From Candidatus Nealsonbacteria bacterium (GTDB lineage Bacteria; Patescibacteriota; Minisyncoccia; Minisyncoccales; CAZKCU01): 64,000 bases of DNA. The position numbers were made by a program, and so were the translations under genes. The stretch covers positions 116,421 through 180,420 of the forward strand of contig CP179888.1 in assembly GCA_047456305.1 (NCBI GenBank), in the 5' to 3' direction. Under the pieces are notes generated by a model. The model made no database searches and was not told the DNA's origin. It saw only the letters and a list, made by a program, of their open reading frames with translations. Below, piece by piece: positions 61,715-64,000 of this stretch. The first letter of the stretch is position 1. Every line of letters begins with the position of its first letter.

Positions 61715-63829
61715 TCAAAGAGAATAAATCCTCTTTTCCACCCTTCGCCTACGGCTCGGGTAGCAGATTAACTTTAGGAATTCTTTCTCTTCAATTGTTT
61801 TTACTCCCAGGTTTTTCGCTTTTTCAAATTTTGAGCCGGGTTCTTTGCCAACAACAAGGAAATCGGTTTTTTTTGAAACTGACTCAGAAATTTCCCCGCC
61901 CAAAAGCCGGATTTCTTCTTTTGACTCTTCTCTGCCCATTGTTTCCAAACTACCTGTAAGCACAAATACTTTCCCTTTTAACTTTAAATCTTTAGTTTTA
62001 ATCTTTGGATTTTCTATTCTTATTCCAACTTTTTTTAGTTTTTCCAAAAATTCCAAATTACTTTTTTGGGAAAACCAATCATAAATACTTTTAGCCACTA
62101 CTGGGCCAATATCCATAACTTTTTCAAGATCTCTGAGGTTTGCCTTTTTTAATTTTTCTACAGAACCAAAATAGTCTGCCAAATCCATACTAGTTTCTTC
62201 TCCAACATTTCTAATTCCTAAAGCATAGATAAATTTTGACAATTGAATTTTTTTTCGAGACTGAATCGCCTCGATTAAATTTTTAACCGATTTTTCAGCA
62301 AACCTTTCAAGAGGTAATAAATCTCCTTCCTCAAGCACAAATAAATCGGATGGGTCAGAGACTAATCCTTCATCAATCATTCTGTCAACAATTTTAGGAC
62401 CAAGGCCTGAAATATCAAAAGCTCCTTTTGAAATAAAATGACGAAAATATTCTCTCAGCTGAGCTGAACATTTTGGATTTGGGCAACGCCAAACAACTTC
62501 TCCACTGGGTTTGATAATTTTTACTCCACAGGCCGGGCATTTTTTTGGCATTCTGAAAACCTTTTCTTTTCCGGTTCTTAGTTCTGGTAAAACTTTGATA
62601 ATATCAGGGATAACATCCCCTGCCCTGCCGACAATAACCGTATCACCAATTTTTACTCCTAATTTTTTTATTTCTTCTTCGTTATGAAGAGTGGCTCTTG
62701 AAATTGTGACTCCGCCAACCTCCGCAGGTTTCAAAATTGCTACCGGGGTTAAAGCTCCGGTTCTGCCTACCTGAACAATAATATCTTTAATAATGGTGGT
62801 GGCTTGTTTTAAAGGAAATTTATAAGCTATAGCTCCCCGGGGAGCCTTTCCCACAATCCCCAATTTCTCAAAAATTTTATTTGGATTAATAATAACCACA
62901 ATCCCATCAATTTCATAGGAGAGCTTTTCTCTTAATTTTTGGCTCGCTTTATGAAAATTAAAAACTTCTTTCAGATTCTTGCAATATTTATTATGGGGAT
63001 TAGTTTTAAAACCTAAGGCTTTTAAAATCTGGTGTTTTTCTTGATGAGTTTTTTGACCAAGGTCAGTAACTAAATCATAGATAATCGAATCGAGGCGGCG
63101 AGAAGCTGTTACTTTTGGGTCAAGCTGCCTGATAGACCCTGCTGCCACATTCCTTGGATTAGCATAAGGAGAAAGATTCTTTTTTATTTGTTCTTTATTT
63201 AATCTCTCGAATTCTTTTTTTGAGATAAAAACCTCTCCCCTCACGACAAGCCTTGAAGGAATTTCTAATTTTAAACAGTCAAAGAGGACTTTGCCCTCTT
63301 TGACACCTTCGCTTCCAAAGGAAGCTCGGTTTCTAATTTCTAATTTAAGTGGTATAGCTTCAATTGTTTTTAAATTTTGAGTAACATCTTCGCCAATTAT
63401 CCCATCGCCTCTGGTCGAACCGGTTTTAAAAATCCCCTGCTCATAAATCAGCTCAATAGCTAAACCATCAATTTTAAGCTCGCAGAAAAAATCTATCTCT
63501 GATTTTTCTTCAGTTGTTAACAGTTTTGAAATTCTCTCCAGCCAATCTTTCATATCATCTTCTGAAAAAGCATCATTAAAAGAAAACATCGGTTTAGGGT
63601 GTCTAATTTTCTCAAATTTTTCTAAGGGTTTGCCTCCTACTCTTTGGCTGGGAGAATCAGGAGTAAGAAGCACGGGAAATAATTTTTCTAAATCAAAAAG
63701 TTCTTTTTTCAAAGAATCAAGAGCAGCTTCAGAAATCTCTTGACGATCATGAACATGATATAAATAACGGTGATGGTTAATCACCTTTTTTAATTTTTCA
63801 ATCCTTTTTTTAGCTTCTTGTTTAATCAT
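61715..63829 (-). CDS. ligA: NAD-dependent DNA ligase LigA, carrying an in-frame repeat insertion (about 63258-63346)
   Basis: Adenylation motif KIDGLAI (KxDG). Zn finger CPACGVKIIKPSGEVVWRCPNPKC. HhH and BRCT regions. Insertion ...IPLKLEI[RNRASFGSEGVKEGKVLFDCLKLEI]PSRL flanked by duplicated AAATTAGAAATT. Confidence 0.9.
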   Translation of the reverse strand: MIKQEAKKRIEKLKKVINHHRYLYHVHDRQEISEAALDSLKKELFDLEKLFPVLLTPDSPSQRVGGKPLEKFEKIRHPKPMFSFNDAFSEDDMKDWLERISKLLTTEEKSEIDFFCELKIDGLAIELIYEQGIFKTGSTRGDGIIGEDVTQNLKTIEAIPLKLEIRNRASFGSEGVKEGKVLFDCLKLEIPSRLVVRGEVFISKKEFERLNKEQIKKNLSPYANPRNVAAGSIRQLDPKVTASRRLDSIIYDLVTDLGQKTHQEKHQILKALGFKTNPHNKYCKNLKEVFNFHKASQKLREKLSYEIDGIVVIINPNKIFEKLGIVGKAPRGAIAYKFPLKQATTIIKDIIVQVGRTGALTPVAILKPAEVGGVTISRATLHNEEEIKKLGVKIGDTVIVGRAGDVIPDIIKVLPELRTGKEKVFRMPKKCPACGVKIIKPSGEVVWRCPNPKCSAQLREYFRHFISKGAFDISGLGPKIVDRMIDEGLVSDPSDLFVLEEGDLLPLERFAEKSVKNLIEAIQSRKKIQLSKFIYALGIRNVGEETSMDLADYFGSVEKLKKANLRDLEKVMDIGPVVAKSIYDWFSQKSNLEFLEKLKKVGIRIENPKIKTKDLKLKGKVFVLTGSLETMGREESKEEIRLLGGEISESVSKKTDFLVVGKEPGSKFEKAKNLGVKTIEEKEFLKLICYPSRRRRVEKRIYSL
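63258..63346. mobile_element. MITE-like palindromic repeat inserted in frame in ligA with 12-bp target-site duplication (AAATTAGAAATT on coding strand)
   Basis: Insert aaagaggactttgccctctttgac + cttcgcttccaaaggaagctcggtt matches modules at 27700-27720 and 27555-27594. Flanked by the direct repeat ttctaatttt / ttctaatttctaattt on the plus strand. 75 bp total, so the frame is preserved. Confidence 0.65.
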
Positions 63830-63834
63830 AACCC

Positions 63835-63906
63835 TACGAATTACGAATATTTACGAATCTACGAATTTGCGTTTGTTGGACATCGCATGTCCAATAAATG
63901 TCCAAG
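63835..63906. promoter_or_regulatory. ligA 5' region: four direct TACGAAT repeats beginning 6 nt upstream of the start, plus palindrome TTGGACAT-cgc-ATGTCCAA and a third ATGTCCAAG half-site
   Basis: Seen directly at 63835-63866 (direct repeats) and 63876-63906 (palindrome plus extra half-site). Confidence 0.35.
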
Positions 63907-64000
63907 AAACAAGGTCATCTCTCGATTTCGATTGCCCTTTTTGTTTCCTTAAAACTTCCTTTTGATATGATGCAGTAGTTAGTAGCTGTACAATCTGGTC

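Noticed and set aside
63830-64000. Open minus-strand frame (57 codons, ...DQIVQLLTTASYQKEVLRKQKGQSKSRDDLVSWTFIGHAMSNKRKFVDS*) that could be the 3' end of a gene starting beyond the window
   Set aside because: It has no start within the window and no recognisable motif. The interval is also dense in direct repeats and palindromes that look regulatory. It cannot be excluded but is not supported.

Overview
This is a low-GC, gene-dense, Shine-Dalgarno-poor segment that looks like a Candidate Phyla Radiation (Patescibacteria)-type bacterial chromosome; that lineage assignment is inference. Most of the window is housekeeping genes that I recognise from signature motifs in the supplied translations: ftsZ (5' part, minus strand at the window start), dnaG-rpoD, groES-groEL, uvrA, uvrC, recA, ftsK, rpoB-rpoC, ligA, ftsW/rodA, trpS, ychF, rpsF-ssb-rpsR, RNase J, secG, htpX-lemA, a dacA-like carboxypeptidase, capA, phosphoglucomutase, and three tRNAs (Asn-GTT, Ser-GGA, Leu-CAG). 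Accessory content is a cluster of four GT4 glycosyltransferases (three are tandem paralogs), an AbiEii-like nucleotidyltransferase pair, and two membrane-anchored Cys-containing proteins that share a duplicated C-terminal module plus its 3' flank. The largest accessory feature is a 2337-aa surface protein with an HTH_17-like N-terminus, a TM helix, coiled coil, fibre-like Gly/Thr repeats, SBBP-type beta-propeller repeats and a C-terminal (GDT)n tail from a 9-bp microsatellite, followed immediately by a Wzy_C/TPR membrane protein. The most unusual signal is a modular family of short palindromic (MITE/REP/RPE-like) repeats scattered through intergenic DNA and also inserted in frame into essential genes: ligA (with a 12-bp target-site duplication) and uvrA (extending it to 1039 aa). 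One copy overlaps the annotated capA start codon and one lies in the groES leader next to a CIRCE-like operator. No CRISPR array, integrase, rRNA or evidence of stop-codon reassignment was seen.
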